64,000 nt of DNA, from assembly GCA_900088475.1 (NCBI GenBank), contig FLMG01003587.1:33381-97380 (forward strand), read 5' to 3'. The DNA is from Hyphochytrium catenoides. Taxonomy: Eukaryota > Protista > Hyphochytriomycota. This document shows, one piece after another, positions 27,092 to 39,018 of this stretch. How positions within the stretch are numbered: the first letter of the stretch is position 1; each line of letters opens with the position of its first letter. The translations under genes were made by a program, and so were the position numbers. A model generated the notes under the pieces. It saw only the letters and a program-made list of their open reading frames with translations. It made no database searches and was not told the origin of the DNA.

Positions 27092-27868
27092 GGCTAATCC
27101 ACTTCAGTCCATCCTTTTGACGTCCTGCTGCCAAAAGCGCTGGCACTAGCGGCGTCCCATCAGAGTCTAACGTCAGCGGAAGGAAATCTCCCAACCTAGA
27201 AGTTGGTGCTACTATGACAACAGCACCAAAGACGTTCTTTGTGAAGGTAGTAGATGGTGAAGAGCAGAGCGGCCGCTGCTGTGCAGCCAATCTACCAGAC
27301 AACGCTCTGCTGAGCCATGAAGTGGAGGACCTAGGTCACAAGAGATACGAGCAGAAAGAGGAATCAGGAGTAAGAGCTCCCCTGGTAGACTTAACCAAGG
27401 GATCACTGACCGACAAGTCAGACAGATGGTGGTGAGTGAGCTCAAGACAGCCCGGGCAGCAGCGGAGATCACACGCGGGACGCCTGCCTCCCGAAGTGAG
27501 ACATCCTTTCAACAAACCTTCACCCAACATCAAGTGGTGACCCATGGGTGTACCCAGGTCTACCTATCTCATTCTTAATTCATTGTACCCATGTTACCTG
27601 GACGCTACCCCGCCCCTACCCAAATAACACCTCTGGCCTTTGGGTTGATGTGAGCGCTGTTGGAGCTTTTTAGAAGATCAAGAACCCAGTCCATCGACGG
27701 GCACACGATCCGCAAGGGGCCAGGCGACACGCACATAGCACTGCCTAGAGAGAGAGGCCTTCAGATTGCGCGCAGAGAGCTGGTCATGGCTGTAGCTTGC
27801 TCAGTGCTGCTCCAAAAAGGACAATGGGGAGTCACTAGGCTTCGAAGGTAGGTAGAGTATAGCAGCTC
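27092..27868. promoter_or_regulatory. Divergent intergenic region between the giant orphan gene and RBM48
   Basis: Head-to-head inferred starts at 27091 (-) and 27869 (+). A GC-box-like CCCCGCCCC is present at ~27608-27616. Confidence 0.4.
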
Positions 27869-28926
27869 ATGTCTGGAAAGGCAAAGCTTTCGGCTGGCCA
27901 AAGGCAGGAGTATGACTGGCTTCTCCCGGAACCCAAAGCCGAAGCAACCTCTGCTGGCAGCTGGGAGCATGTACACGAGGCCAAGGAGATCACTCGCCCC
28001 AAGTACAGGACCGGCAAAAAGGAGACTGCTGTCAAGGTGTATACGGTGAATCAGGAGTCAAGGTGCCACTACTATTATCTACTTACTCCCTCGCTACTCG
28101 TCACTCAGGTCGTGAGTCCTCGTTGCCAGGTATCTCGTCATCAGCAACATTCCCTCTATTGGGCATGGAACTCTAGAAGAGCTCTTGTCGCGGTTATCCG
28201 CGTTCGGCGTCATAGAAGAGTAGGAGAAAGGTCCGCCTTATCTACGTCGGTTGCAATCCTTCTAAGCACCATTCTGTGGCGTTTGCAGGCATCGCGTTAT
28301 GGATGAGGTCGAAGCTGAGCCATTTACGGATATATTGTGGGTCAAGTATAAGGAGATCACAGCTGCAAGGTTGGCTTTCTTCAGCGTTCAGCCTGTTTTG
28401 TTCTTCCGACTTGAACGTCCCATTCGTTTTGTGCTCCTGTTATGGTGCAGAATATGCAGGGCGAAGATCAAGCAGAAGCCTTTCTATGGACACCTTCTGC
28501 ACATCCGCTATGCCCCAGAGTATGAGGACGTGCGAGATGTCCAAGAGAAGCTTAAGCAAAGAAAGGCTCTAATTCTTGATAGATATCGAAAGTTCCAAGG
28601 TGCTCTACTGGTTTCCTCTGACAACGTTGGGAGTGGCTCACGCTATAATCTATCGCCTCTTTGGAGCAGAGTTCCATGAGCATAGACGGCAAGCAGAACA
28701 ACAACAGAGGAAAGAGGCCAGACCCACTGGAAGTATTGTGAAAGCGATGACTCAAATGGACAAAACGACCTCCAGCGGAGGCACTTTCCCTCCCAGACCA
28801 GGAGGTCAAAGACGTCGGGCTGATGTTCTGCGGGATGCTGTCCGTCAGAAGCTCAGCCAAAAGCCCGGACTGGATAGGAGAGTCTCGCCGAAGAGTCCAC
28901 CCAGAGCTAAGCGAAGGCGAAGTTGA
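27869..28926 (+). CDS. RBM48: RNA-binding protein 48 (RRM; minor-spliceosome factor)
   Basis: Spliced reading: TAVKVYTVNQESR|YLVISNIPSIG...LSAFGVIEE|HRVMDEVEAEPFTDILWVKY...AAR|ICRAKIKQKPFYGHLLHIRYAPEYEDVRDVQEKLKQRK, ending AKRRRS*. These match RBM48 signatures (VKVYTxxxESxYL, YAPExE, terminal KRRRx). Four GT-AG introns. Confidence 0.92.
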
Positions 28927-29185
28927 GAAGACATTCACAGCCCTTCGTCGTGTGTCCCTGTCGCTCTCTAACTATTGTCCTGTCGGATTTAGGTCTTGCC
29001 AGGAAAATTTTCGTAGATGTAGCTAGTCTTCGTTACCATCAAGCTGATGGTCTGAGCAAGAGCCCTTGCCACCTTTTTTAGCTTTATAAGCTAAGGCCGG
29101 TGCCTCCTAGATTCTGCGTAGTGCCAAGTCCCATACAATCGAGATACATTATAAAGGTACCGTAGAAGAGTCGGGCAGGTCGGTG

Positions 29186-30385
29186 TATCAGAAGTTGAAG
29201 GAGCTGATCAACAGGCGACTTCTCGATACCTCTGTTCTTTGGTGCCGGGCTTCTGAAGATGGTGAGGTCTGGCATCCTGCTCTTTGCTGTCTTCTCTTGC
29301 TTGAGAACGGGAGTAGACATCTTGCTTCCTCTATCCTTAGCCCTTTCAGCACTCTTGGGCGCTTGCGAAATCGTCAAGCTCAGGAAACTGAAGGAGAAAT
29401 CATTAGCCTTGTCAGTGAAAGAGAAGCTGAGGGCCAGAAACTCTGTCTACCGTGGATGATAGGGGCTGTCAGAGTCGAAACACTCATTATTTGTGAACTC
29501 TCTGGGTCTGCTTGCTAGGTCCTGCTTCGCAAGCTTGGTTTTGGACTTGGTTGTGACTGTCGAAGATCTGGTCAAGAGGCTCAACTGGCGGCCTAGCGAC
29601 GCCTCCCGCATCCTACTCTTTCTTAGCTCAAGGCCTAAATTGAGTCGCTCCACAATTGACTGCTGAAGAGCCAGCTCTAGGGTGATGTGTCCCTGCAAAA
29701 GATTCAGATAGTGAACCATCATTGAAGGCACTGTTTAAACATGCAAGAGAAAGAATATGACGGCTACCGTCTCAAGCTTAGCTTCAACCTTGTCTCCAGC
29801 TCCCAAATCTGCCGCGATATCTACTGCTTTACCAGTTGCTCTATCCTTGGCCGCCTTTAGCATGGCTTCTTTGATGGTCAGAAGCTTTCTCAGTGAAAGT
29901 ACCTGAGGTAGGAATGGGAGTCAGTTAAGGAAAGAGGTGAACACAAAGAAGAATGACCAGGCACTTTGGCACCTCTTCTCCTAGGCTTTGAATTTCCTCA
30001 TAGAGCAGTCGGGAAGATATGCCTTCATGATCCTGGTGGTCTGTCGATTACCAGTCACGAAGTTAGCGCGCGGAAGCACGAGAGCGTATAGGAGACGGAG
30101 CACATATACCAATAGGCTCGAGAATGCCAGAGAGTTCTTGTCCCTGTTCAAGCGGTTCAATACAGTCTTGATGGGAGTTGTCCTTATGATGTTCCTCTTC
30201 GAGCATTTTCCCTGTAGCCGTATTCAAAGTAAGGAATTCTGTCCGTGACAAGTCACCTCATAACAGCAAAGTTGTCTGATTAAGCCCTTTAATTTGTGCC
30301 TACCATCAGTATGGCTCTGTGACTGCGCTATCGCTGCTGCGAGCTCGGCGTCTTCTTCTTCTTCACTATTCCACTCGTCGGCCAT
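29186..30385 (-). CDS. Hypothetical multi-exon protein with N-terminal UIM-like motif and coiled coil
   Basis: ATG at 30385 gives MADEWNSEEEDAELAAAIAQS, which fits the UIM consensus eeDxxLxxAlxxS. Downstream exons (LLYEEIQSLGEE|VLSLRKLLTIKEAMLKAA, GHITLELALQQSIVERL) are flanked by GT/AG. The 3' end is approximate. Confidence 0.55.
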
Positions 30386-31083
30386 GTTCGACTACCTCCC
30401 GACATCCGACTCACACTGATATCTAGGTTGAAGGCGACGCTATGCGCTCCTCAATGTACCTTCCTTTGATTCAATCAAGTCTAGCCTCCGTGCTGGGGAA
30501 GGCAAGAGGGCCCTGATGAGTACTGAGGAGAAGTTTTCTCTTGGGCCCGTACCTACAAGAAGCCAAGGTAGCGCTACCTATCCTCTCACCTTCCCCGCGG
30601 GTTAGGCTCTTGGAGGATGATGAGGGGCGGAAGTCCTCCTCCTACTGCGAAGGCTGTTACTTGTTACTCTTCGGCGGGTGTTATGGGTATCATGGGTAGA
30701 TTACCCAAGGTATTTAAAAGTCCTAAGGGGCGGACTTATTATTACTTTGACTACTCACCGCTAACGGCAATAAATGTATACCCAGATACATCTTGGCTAA
30801 CATAGGTCATGGAACTGCACATCAGCTTTGTGTGTCAACGCCGCTTCACAATGGGCTGATAAGCCTTCCCATTTGTCAAGGAAAGAGGAGAATGATGATA
30901 ACAGTGCCAGGGACAGTGGTTGGAGAGAATTGTCTCTCCTTCCATCATAGGCACATAGGGAGATGCCATGTGATGCTCTAGCGCTCGATGATGGTCAAGA
31001 GAATAAATATAAAGAGTCAATCAGAAAGTGACCGTGTACATAAAGGACGTATCTATCACGAAGGGTCTAGGGAGCACACTAAC

Positions 31084-34000
31084 TCAGCTGTCACCAGTAG
31101 CGAACGGAGGTGGCGGCGTAGCCATGTACTGGAGAGCGTATCTTGCACGGCTATTTACGTCGTTCGATTTGCCGGGGCTAGGGCAACCAGCGGCAGGCGG
31201 TAGACCTAGCGGCTGTGGGGGGCCTCGACGGGGTGGAGACGGAGGTAGAGGTGGGGATCCCACAGGGTTGAGGATGGCCGCTACTGAGTTAGCTTGACTC
31301 TGGAAACCTAGTCGACGAAAAATATGGTCAGGGTTGTAGCGATTGCAGTGACAACGGCGACGAGCGCAACGAAAGACAAGGTGGAGAAGTAGGGCATAAT
31401 GTTCTTACCGCTGTAGCTCTTCGAAGGAGAGCCATGAGACTGCTGGCGCTGACCTTGCTGACCTAAGACAACGGCCAGGTGGTCAGGATTGGACTTGTCC
31501 AGCTCGAAGTGCTTTCTCGTTGGCCCAGCCAGGCCATGTTTAGGAGGAGACGGTATCGTCTTTAGCGTCCATCTCGAATTCCTTTCGTCCTCCTGGTAAG
31601 AGAGAAGTGGGCTAGTCTCTGGCCCTCTAGGTTCTGATGTCTTTTCCTTCTCTACCCGCTGGTATTGTGGAAGATGGCCCTTCATGGCCAAGAAGTCTGA
31701 CCTCACGCCTGCGGCATTATCAACCAAATGCCCATCGCCATACTTGACAGTGGGAATTGGTCCCATGACCTCTGTTGGCTGAGAGTCGTGGGCTAGGAAG
31801 TACGGCTCAGATATGTGCAGACGTGCTCCAGGGTGCTGGTTGGGGCCAAATTGCCGGCCCTCTCGCACTCCATGGTAGGAGGATTGGCCATGTTTATGGT
31901 TAAATTGCGGGTTCTTACGAAGGAAAAGGAGTGAAAGCAAAGATTGCAAGGCAAAGCAAGTGTTAGGTTCGGGCTTGGCAAACGTGACGCAGGGGGACGA
32001 AAGTGGTCAAAATTGAGAGCACCTGTAAGAAAAAAGAGTGACAAGTCTGCGCTTAGAGAAAGGATAGCTACCTGGATGAGAGACGCAGAGTCTGCGGTCT
32101 TCTTGACCAGCTGACTGTAGGTAATCTCAGATGAATCTTCGCCTATGAGCTCACCGAGCCGCTGCTCGGACATTTGGACGCCATATGTCTCTAGCTTCTT
32201 AGATATAACAGAAAGGGGCTAGAGACGACAGGAGATGCAGGAATTAAAAGACTGCGTAAAGGTCAAGGGGTGAGACAGGGGCTGACCTGCTTGAGGTGGA
32301 CGCGAAGGCCAGTAGGTTCTGACCGCTCTTGCTTAAACTCTTGCTCTAATAACCTGGACAGGAGCAGGTGGAGGCTTAGCATCCGATTGAGAGGAGTAAC
32401 TGGAAAGGTTAAGGAGCAGTGAGAGGACAACTTCTAGCTTGATNNNNNNNNNNNNNNNNNNNNNNNNNNNNNNNNNNNNNNNATGACGAACCTATTCTCC
32501 ATCACTGCTTTTTCTATCCTCGTGATGTCTCTGAACCTGTTTCGTTCGTCCAGCGTTAGCTCTGAAAGGTTTATCGTGGGTTGGATAGTAGGCTTGGGCG
32601 TGGCAGTGAAGTCTCCCCAACTACTAGGTTTGTCTTTATCCTTGGTCGGGTCATACAGCCTTTTGTGAGGGACTGGTTGTGGCGAAGGCGACTGTTTTGA
32701 TGGGTACGGAGATCAACGGAGCAAATATGTTGATTGAGCAGGTTTAGGGCTACTCAGCACCTTCGCACAGGGATTGGAAGTGGTATCCCAGAAAGGATTT
32801 TCACCGGGTTCACGACGCACGGAAGACATAATAAAGGAGATGCAGCTGGGCTATTGAAGATAGAGGTATGCAGTTCACGCTAACATCTCTGTTAAGGCAA
32901 GGGAGAAGGCTGAGAGAAAACGCACCTCGACTTCATTAAGTAGTTGGAAAGCATTGCGAAAGCGATGATAGCTGATCTCATTTTCGCCGCGAGAGTCACT
33001 CAGTCTAAACAGCTTCTCGGCATCATCAGGGCTAACCATATACTTCTCAGATAGCTGCTTCTTGAAGTTCTCCTGCACATATAGCACCATAGGGAGAAAC
33101 AGAGGCATTAGCACGACGAGAGGAGGAGGCAACGGAGACGAGTGAGGAGAAATGGTAGCCAGCTGGAGGGATGATCGGGGTCTGAAGATTATCGCGGGGT
33201 TGTGCATAACGGGCATACCTTCTTGATAAAGCCAAACTCGTCTGGCTTGCATTCACGGAACAGTTCTAACAGAGCCCTACTAGAGTTATAGCTCCTCTGG
33301 TCCAAGACAGTCATGATCTTCATGGACGTGCGACGAGAGATAAGAAGTAAGCGTCAGGAGCATGAAACATGGACACCAGGATCGGGCTGAGTTGTTGCCG
33401 GTACCATATTTAGAAAATGATTCACGCTTAGCAGAAAAGGATTGAAGCTGTAGCAGAACACAAGCTAAGAATTGTGGGCTCCTTCCCGGTCAATGGCAGA
33501 ATGATAGGATGAACTGGAAATAGATAGGTATTATACCTTCTTTTGAACAGCGAGAAGCTTTTTGTCATCAGGATTGAGCTCGGACTCTGACTTTTTCTCC
33601 TTCTCGATGATGTTATTGTCTGACGGGCCTCGCTTAGGAGACTGCGAAGATTTCGAAGCGCCGGTAGGACTAGGGGCCCATTGTATGGGGTTGGGATTGT
33701 CGTGGTGCTTGATGCTGACTGCAGTTCCCTGGAACTTGGTGGGGCTATGATAACCCATTGGGAGGCTAGTGTGTGAGGGTGACGGGGCATTTGCGACACC
33801 TTGTACGAACTCTCGAAAGTTAAGATCTCCGCTCCGATCCTTGTCTGCAACCTTCAGGATATATGGGGCTGCTGCTTCTTCCAGGTTCTGATTGCGCAGG
33901 ACCGTACTAAGCTCCTCTTTCGTGATAACGCCTAACCGGCGAGGTTTAGTTTGATGACCCTTGAAGGCTACAGCCAAGGCTTTTGTTTACCGTTTCTATC

Positions 34001-34389
34001 GACGTCAACACTCTGAAAAGAACGACTATAGTGATGGTACTTGCGCGCTATGGCTTCAGACAGATGGTCCTTGATCTGCATCGAATAGTGTTCGGACTAG
34101 ACGTGCGGTTGTGTTAGGCCTAGGGAGAGGCAATGTTTCCAGAGACTAGGCTTACCATCTCTTGTTGTCTATATGGAGAAAGTCCTTGGTGTTTTAGGGG
34201 AGATGGAAAACGTGGCATTTGATGGTTCTTCGTTGGAGAGGCGAGAGCTGCGCCACTCTTTGACAGAGGAGAGCCCAAAGCCTGACCTGGAAAAGCATTA
34301 GCAAGACCGGGTCTATAAGCCTGACCTGTCATCTGTCGGCTGGGGCTCCATCTGTCAAGCTCTCGGACGTAGCTGGCCTCGTCCTCCAT
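31084..34389 (-). CDS. EF-hand calcium-binding protein, multi-exon, Pro/Ser-rich
   Basis: Start MEDEASYVRELDRW at 34389. EF-hand loops VDVDRNG|VITKEEL, ADKDRSGDLNFREF and the degenerate SDSRGENEISYHRF. The last exon is Pro-rich (GFQSQ...PPPPFATGDS*) with its stop at 31084-31086. An N run lies at 32444-32482. Confidence 0.75.
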
Positions 34390-36828
34390 AATGCAATGAG
34401 ACGAGATTGGGAAACTCTACGTGGATAGATTGTTGGTACGCTGATGGCGTTCAATATATGAGCAAGCACACACTCTTCAAAGGGAGTGAAGTTCAACCAT
34501 GGGACTATGCAGCAGTGGGCGACTCAAAACCAGAGATAAAGACGTCAATAAAGAGCTTGAAAGGATGGACAAGAAAGAATGGGAAAGGGAGAGGAAGGGA
34601 AAGGAGAGCAACAGGTCAACCAACGGACCAAGGGGAAAGTGCGACAAGAGACCGAAAGAGAGAGAGAGAGAGTTAAATGAGAGGGAAGTCAGAGAATAAC
34701 AAGGACCAAAGTGGTCGAGGGCAAGATCTATCAATGCTTTATCAAATATTGGGACGCACGCAGAGAGGGCTGTGGATAGTCTCAAGCCAGAAGCCAAGGC
34801 GTTCGATGGCTAGCGGCGTCTGCCATTCAAAGTACGAGCGGAGCTCTTGAAGTTAACGCTGGTGCGAACCTCCCATCATCGCCTCTCAATGTACTGTCCC
34901 AGCGACAAGCAGCCAAACTTTCAGAATCACGTGGGTCGTTACATGTAGACCTATCGTGGATCCGCCCCTATTGATCAGTAACATGGGTGGTAGGTGTGTT
35001 GGATATTCCAAATGTATCACCAAACATCCAAACATCAGAACCCATACCTCGATTGCACTAATTTGTACAAAGCACCTATCATAAGGACATAACTCCTTAC
35101 TGAGGGTATATACTTTATGGCAGCTTAGCGAGAAGCTTGACCTGCTAAGGAACGCGTTCAATCGTGCTGGCTCAGACCACGCCTTCCTTGCTATGTCTGA
35201 CCTACTAGGCTTGTCATTCAACGACTTTGAGGAGCCTAGTAGATTTATCTAGCTTCTTGATTGGTAATGCTCTGGCTCGGGTGGCAAATGCCACACAGTG
35301 AGTCTGCTATCAAGGTCTCAGCCCTCGGTCATAATGCCCCTGACGATTTGCTGTTTGTCCCTTCTTCTGCCCCGGCTCGTCGGCTCCAAGGTGGCAGTCT
35401 AGGACACAGAACACGTTATGGACGTAGATCCTACTACTAGTATGCTCCTTTGTTACCGACAGTGCATATATATGCATATTTATATACTGAGAGGACCGAA
35501 GGGTGGCTCGCTTTGATGCTTAATTCTGCACAAGTACGGGAGGCATGTATTTTCATGGAAACAAGGCTCCCTTTTTTTTTATAAAAAATTGAAACTAGGC
35601 TTATTATTAGGCTTCTCAAATTAAGGGATCATATCTATAGACAGATTTATTTACTGAGACAACCGGACTTCCAGCAGATGAAGGGCAAAGGGCTGAGCTC
35701 CCGAGCCGTGTCTAGGAAGCGAGAAAATTGAAGGTCTACCGTATTATTGACTCTTCGAGGTAGACTCGAACCTTCCAAAGTAGCCATTCTATATGACAAC
35801 CTCCTAGTTAGTACTCGATAAAATACCAGCATCATGCCTTCTTATTAGTTACGCTGGCACTTCTTACACCTTTCTTTGATTTTCCGCAATGTCTTGCACT
35901 GTAAATCTTACAAGATTCGGAAGTCCTAGTCGAGAAGACCCCTCCCAAGATCACCGTTTTGCCTTTACACGCACACCTGTCTCACACCGGAAAGCTTCAG
36001 TCGGTTCTCAAGATAACTCTTCTATCCCTGGATATTTTATAAACAGTTTGTTCATCATTCCTGCCGCTAAATAACAGGGGCCTAACGTTATTGCCCCATG
36101 GTCTCTGTTGATGAGATGTGACTGCGTACCTCCTTGGCGACATGCAGGGATAGATGGCCTGCTACTGGTCAAGAGGGAAGACACAACGTACAGGCCAAAG
36201 TGCAGTCCGACGTCTGCGTAGATGCAACTGGGTCAATACCTCGTTCTATTATAGAATGTGGACCAAGGAGGCTACCGCTTTTTCAGATTATTACTACTTT
36301 CATTCCGGATCACGTGGATGCAGGAGCAGATAACTGCTAACGTATTATTTTGACCAATCGTGACGAATGTCGTTCTTGGTTGCTGTTCCCCTTGTTCTAC
36401 TGTAGTTCTAATCATCCTCAAAAGACTTCAGGCAGCATTGCAGTCCATGCAGTCCATGCAGGAACCTGGAAAGTGAAAAGCCCCGAAAACTGATCGATAG
36501 TTCTATTGCTCTCTCCAGTTCCACGGTCGTGAACCTTACGTGATGCAATCACAGAACCTGCTTTTGGTCCTTTTGCGTTAACAGAGGAGAAGCCATAATC
36601 ATCTAGAGGAGGATAGTGCTATTACTAGCTTAACTAAAGGAAAGCTGAGGGCTGTCTGGGTGAAAGCAGAGGAAAGAAAGGCCGCGCCTGCAGTGCGTAG
36701 AACTGTGCTGTGGGTCTGTGGGGCTTCCGTCCTCATTTGAGATTTTGAGGCTCTCAGACTCCTGCCTCCTAGCATACAATTTGTAGGTTCTGAGAAGAAA
36801 TAGCCCGTCGTGTAAGCCCATAGCTACC

Positions 36829-37887
36829 ATGTCAGCATTTGGGAAAGCCCTCTTTAACTTTGCTCAGAGTGCCCGACTGAAGCGGACCAAGTTGCATCTG
36901 AAGCAGGTGCAGATTGGGAACCATGTGTGTACGTATCTAGACAGTCAACCAGATGGTTACTCAGCGACACCTACAGATGCATCGAAAACGGACATTGTAG
37001 CCATGATTCACGGCTTCTCTTCCGATAAGCTTTCCTGGGCTGAACTATACCATCCCCTCGCGCAGCTTTCCAAGAAGGAGGGTAGGGCGGTAAGAGTCCT
37101 TATCCCAGACCTCTTAGGTCATGGAGATACGACACCTCAGCCTGCTGATGGAGATTATCGGATCCCGACTCAAGTTGAATTCGTTGAAAAGTTCTTCCAG
37201 GCAGTACTCGGTGATGCCAGACTTCACCTTATTGGCACGTCAATGGGTGGCTTTATTGTCGGCATATTTGCCGCTACGTATCCTCAAAGACTTCACTCCC
37301 TCTCTATGTTATGCCCTGCTGGCGTCAAGGCTCCAGAGAAGTCGGTGCTGGTGAAGGTTAAGGAAGAGACTGGCCAAAATGTGCTAATTCCAGCTGATGA
37401 AGGAGAAATGAAGGCGATGATTCATTATATCTTTGAACGACCACCGTGGCTTCCCAAGCCCGTCCTTCGGCACATGATCGCCCTGAGAAATGAAAGACAG
37501 GAGATAATAACGAAGATCATGGAAGATCTGATCCAGTCGCCGCAGCTAAACAACTATCTACGGAACATACAATGTCCCACGGCTTTGCTTTGGGGCAAGA
37601 GTGACAAGATTATTGATGTGAGCTCGGTAGAGGTCTTCAAAGCTGAGATGAGGACACTAGAGATACTAGAAATCTATGAAGGCTGCGGTCACGCGATTGC
37701 TTTGGAAAGACCATTGGATTGTGCAAAAGGTATCATGAAGGTAATACAGAAAGCAAGGTCTCTACCCGCCCCTGCCAATGAGCTTCCTGTCGGAGCACCA
37801 GCCACCCTTAATGACGTGGAACTACTGGAAGATCCTGAGGCTCAAAACGAGAAGGTTGCACTGGAAGCCACAGGTATTGCGGGTTAG
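36829..37887 (+). CDS. Alpha/beta hydrolase (ABHD6/monoacylglycerol-lipase-like), intronless, paralog 1
   Basis: 352-aa uninterrupted ORF with oxyanion HGF, PDLLGHG, nucleophile elbow GTSMGG, acid WGKSDKII and catalytic His in CGHAIALERP. Confidence 0.93.
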   Translation: MSAFGKALFNFAQSARLKRTKLHLKQVQIGNHVCTYLDSQPDGYSATPTDASKTDIVAMIHGFSSDKLSWAELYHPLAQLSKKEGRAVRVLIPDLLGHGDTTPQPADGDYRIPTQVEFVEKFFQAVLGDARLHLIGTSMGGFIVGIFAATYPQRLHSLSMLCPAGVKAPEKSVLVKVKEETGQNVLIPADEGEMKAMIHYIFERPPWLPKPVLRHMIALRNERQEIITKIMEDLIQSPQLNNYLRNIQCPTALLWGKSDKIIDVSSVEVFKAEMRTLEILEIYEGCGHAIALERPLDCAKGIMKVIQKARSLPAPANELPVGAPATLNDVELLEDPEAQNEKVALEATGIAG

Positions 37888-37931
37888 TAAAGGGGCCAAT
37901 GACGCAGAGCAAATCCATTTTTCAAGGGCGG

Positions 37932-39018
37932 TCAGGAGTTGGTCTTCTGAAGTCTAGTTCTGAGCTTCTTCATGAGCTGTGCACGTTGAGTTTGCCCAAA
38001 ACCCAATTGGCTCTTGGCAAGCTCATTCTTTGAGATTTCTTCAGACCTGGAATGTGTTGGGCATATTTAGGCGAGAGGAGACTAAGTCTTCTCATCATGC
38101 TTCCACTTAAGACTATTGTACTGCACTTACGCTTTGACGTCTTGGGTTAGCTATAGGTTAGCGGTGGTAGCGATTGCTTTGTAAACATAATGATAACGAC
38201 TTATATTTTCAATGGGACGATCCACGCACCTTGTGATTCTCCTTTACTTTCTTATCAACAGTCTCCGTTATCTGCTCAGTTACCTGCGCCGTGTTAAGAC
38301 GGGTCAATAGGAGTTGGCAGAACAACAGCCAAGACTTCCTGTTCATCTTAGGGCTACAAGTATACCTCGTCAAATCCTCGAATGGCATCATTCAGTACAG
38401 AGACCACATCCATAAGCCTATGACTAATCTTAGCAAATGCCTTGTTGGACTTCTTGAGGGCTTTACGATAGATAGCTGGCATCCACCAACGACCATCAGT
38501 ATGAATAAGTTGACCCGTAAGGGCAGCAAGAGGAACATGTTCGTCAGTTCATTGAAAATTCAAGATGTGCCGGCAAGCATGCGGTAGTACATACCCTGAT
38601 GTGCTTCCTTGTAGTCGATCTCCCCACCTGCCGAAGGGGAGCACCGAAGAGGCTGGGCCATGGTCTGGGGGTTAAAATGGTTCGGCACGCTCCTTCTACC
38701 ATGACGGTCGCTCTTTATTTGACGTCCCAGGTGCTTTGGGGACTTCTCCGTTGCCATTTCACGGAGAAGGATTTGTGCTACTGCTGCTGGGTTTATGGCC
38801 CCTGAGTCTTCTTTCCAGAGACCAGCTACTTGCTTTTTCCTGGTTCCGGGTAGGTGCCCATTGTCGTTCACAACTCTTGCTCGATCACGCCGGCACCTCG
38901 TCGTCGCTGCGGAGACTCTAGAGCTACTTTTGCTCTTCGTCGACACCTTGGTGGCAGCTTTCTTCTGGCGCTTGTGGCGGGTTCTAGTGGCTATTCCATC
39001 ACTTCCTGATGATGCCAT
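37932..39018 (-). CDS. Hypothetical five-exon protein with basic disordered N-terminus and coiled-coil C-terminus
   Basis: Exon 1 is ORF 38560-39018 up to a GTATGT donor (~38593). Phase-compatible GT-AG splicing then gives AIYRKALKKSNKAFAKISHRLMDVVSVLNDAIRGFDE|VTEQITETVDKKVKENHK|LTQDVKA|SEEISKNELAK...KKLRTRLQKTNS*, with the stop at 37932-37934. Confidence 0.65.

Noticed and set aside
30513-30526. CTGATGA as a hammerhead ribozyme core or C/D snoRNA box
   Set aside because: No GAAA follows a stem II, and the CTGA box lies too close to form a snoRNA.
32444-32482. N run here and at 59148-59210
   Set aside because: Assembly gaps or masking, not biological. The apparent frame change across 59148-59210 cannot be interpreted.
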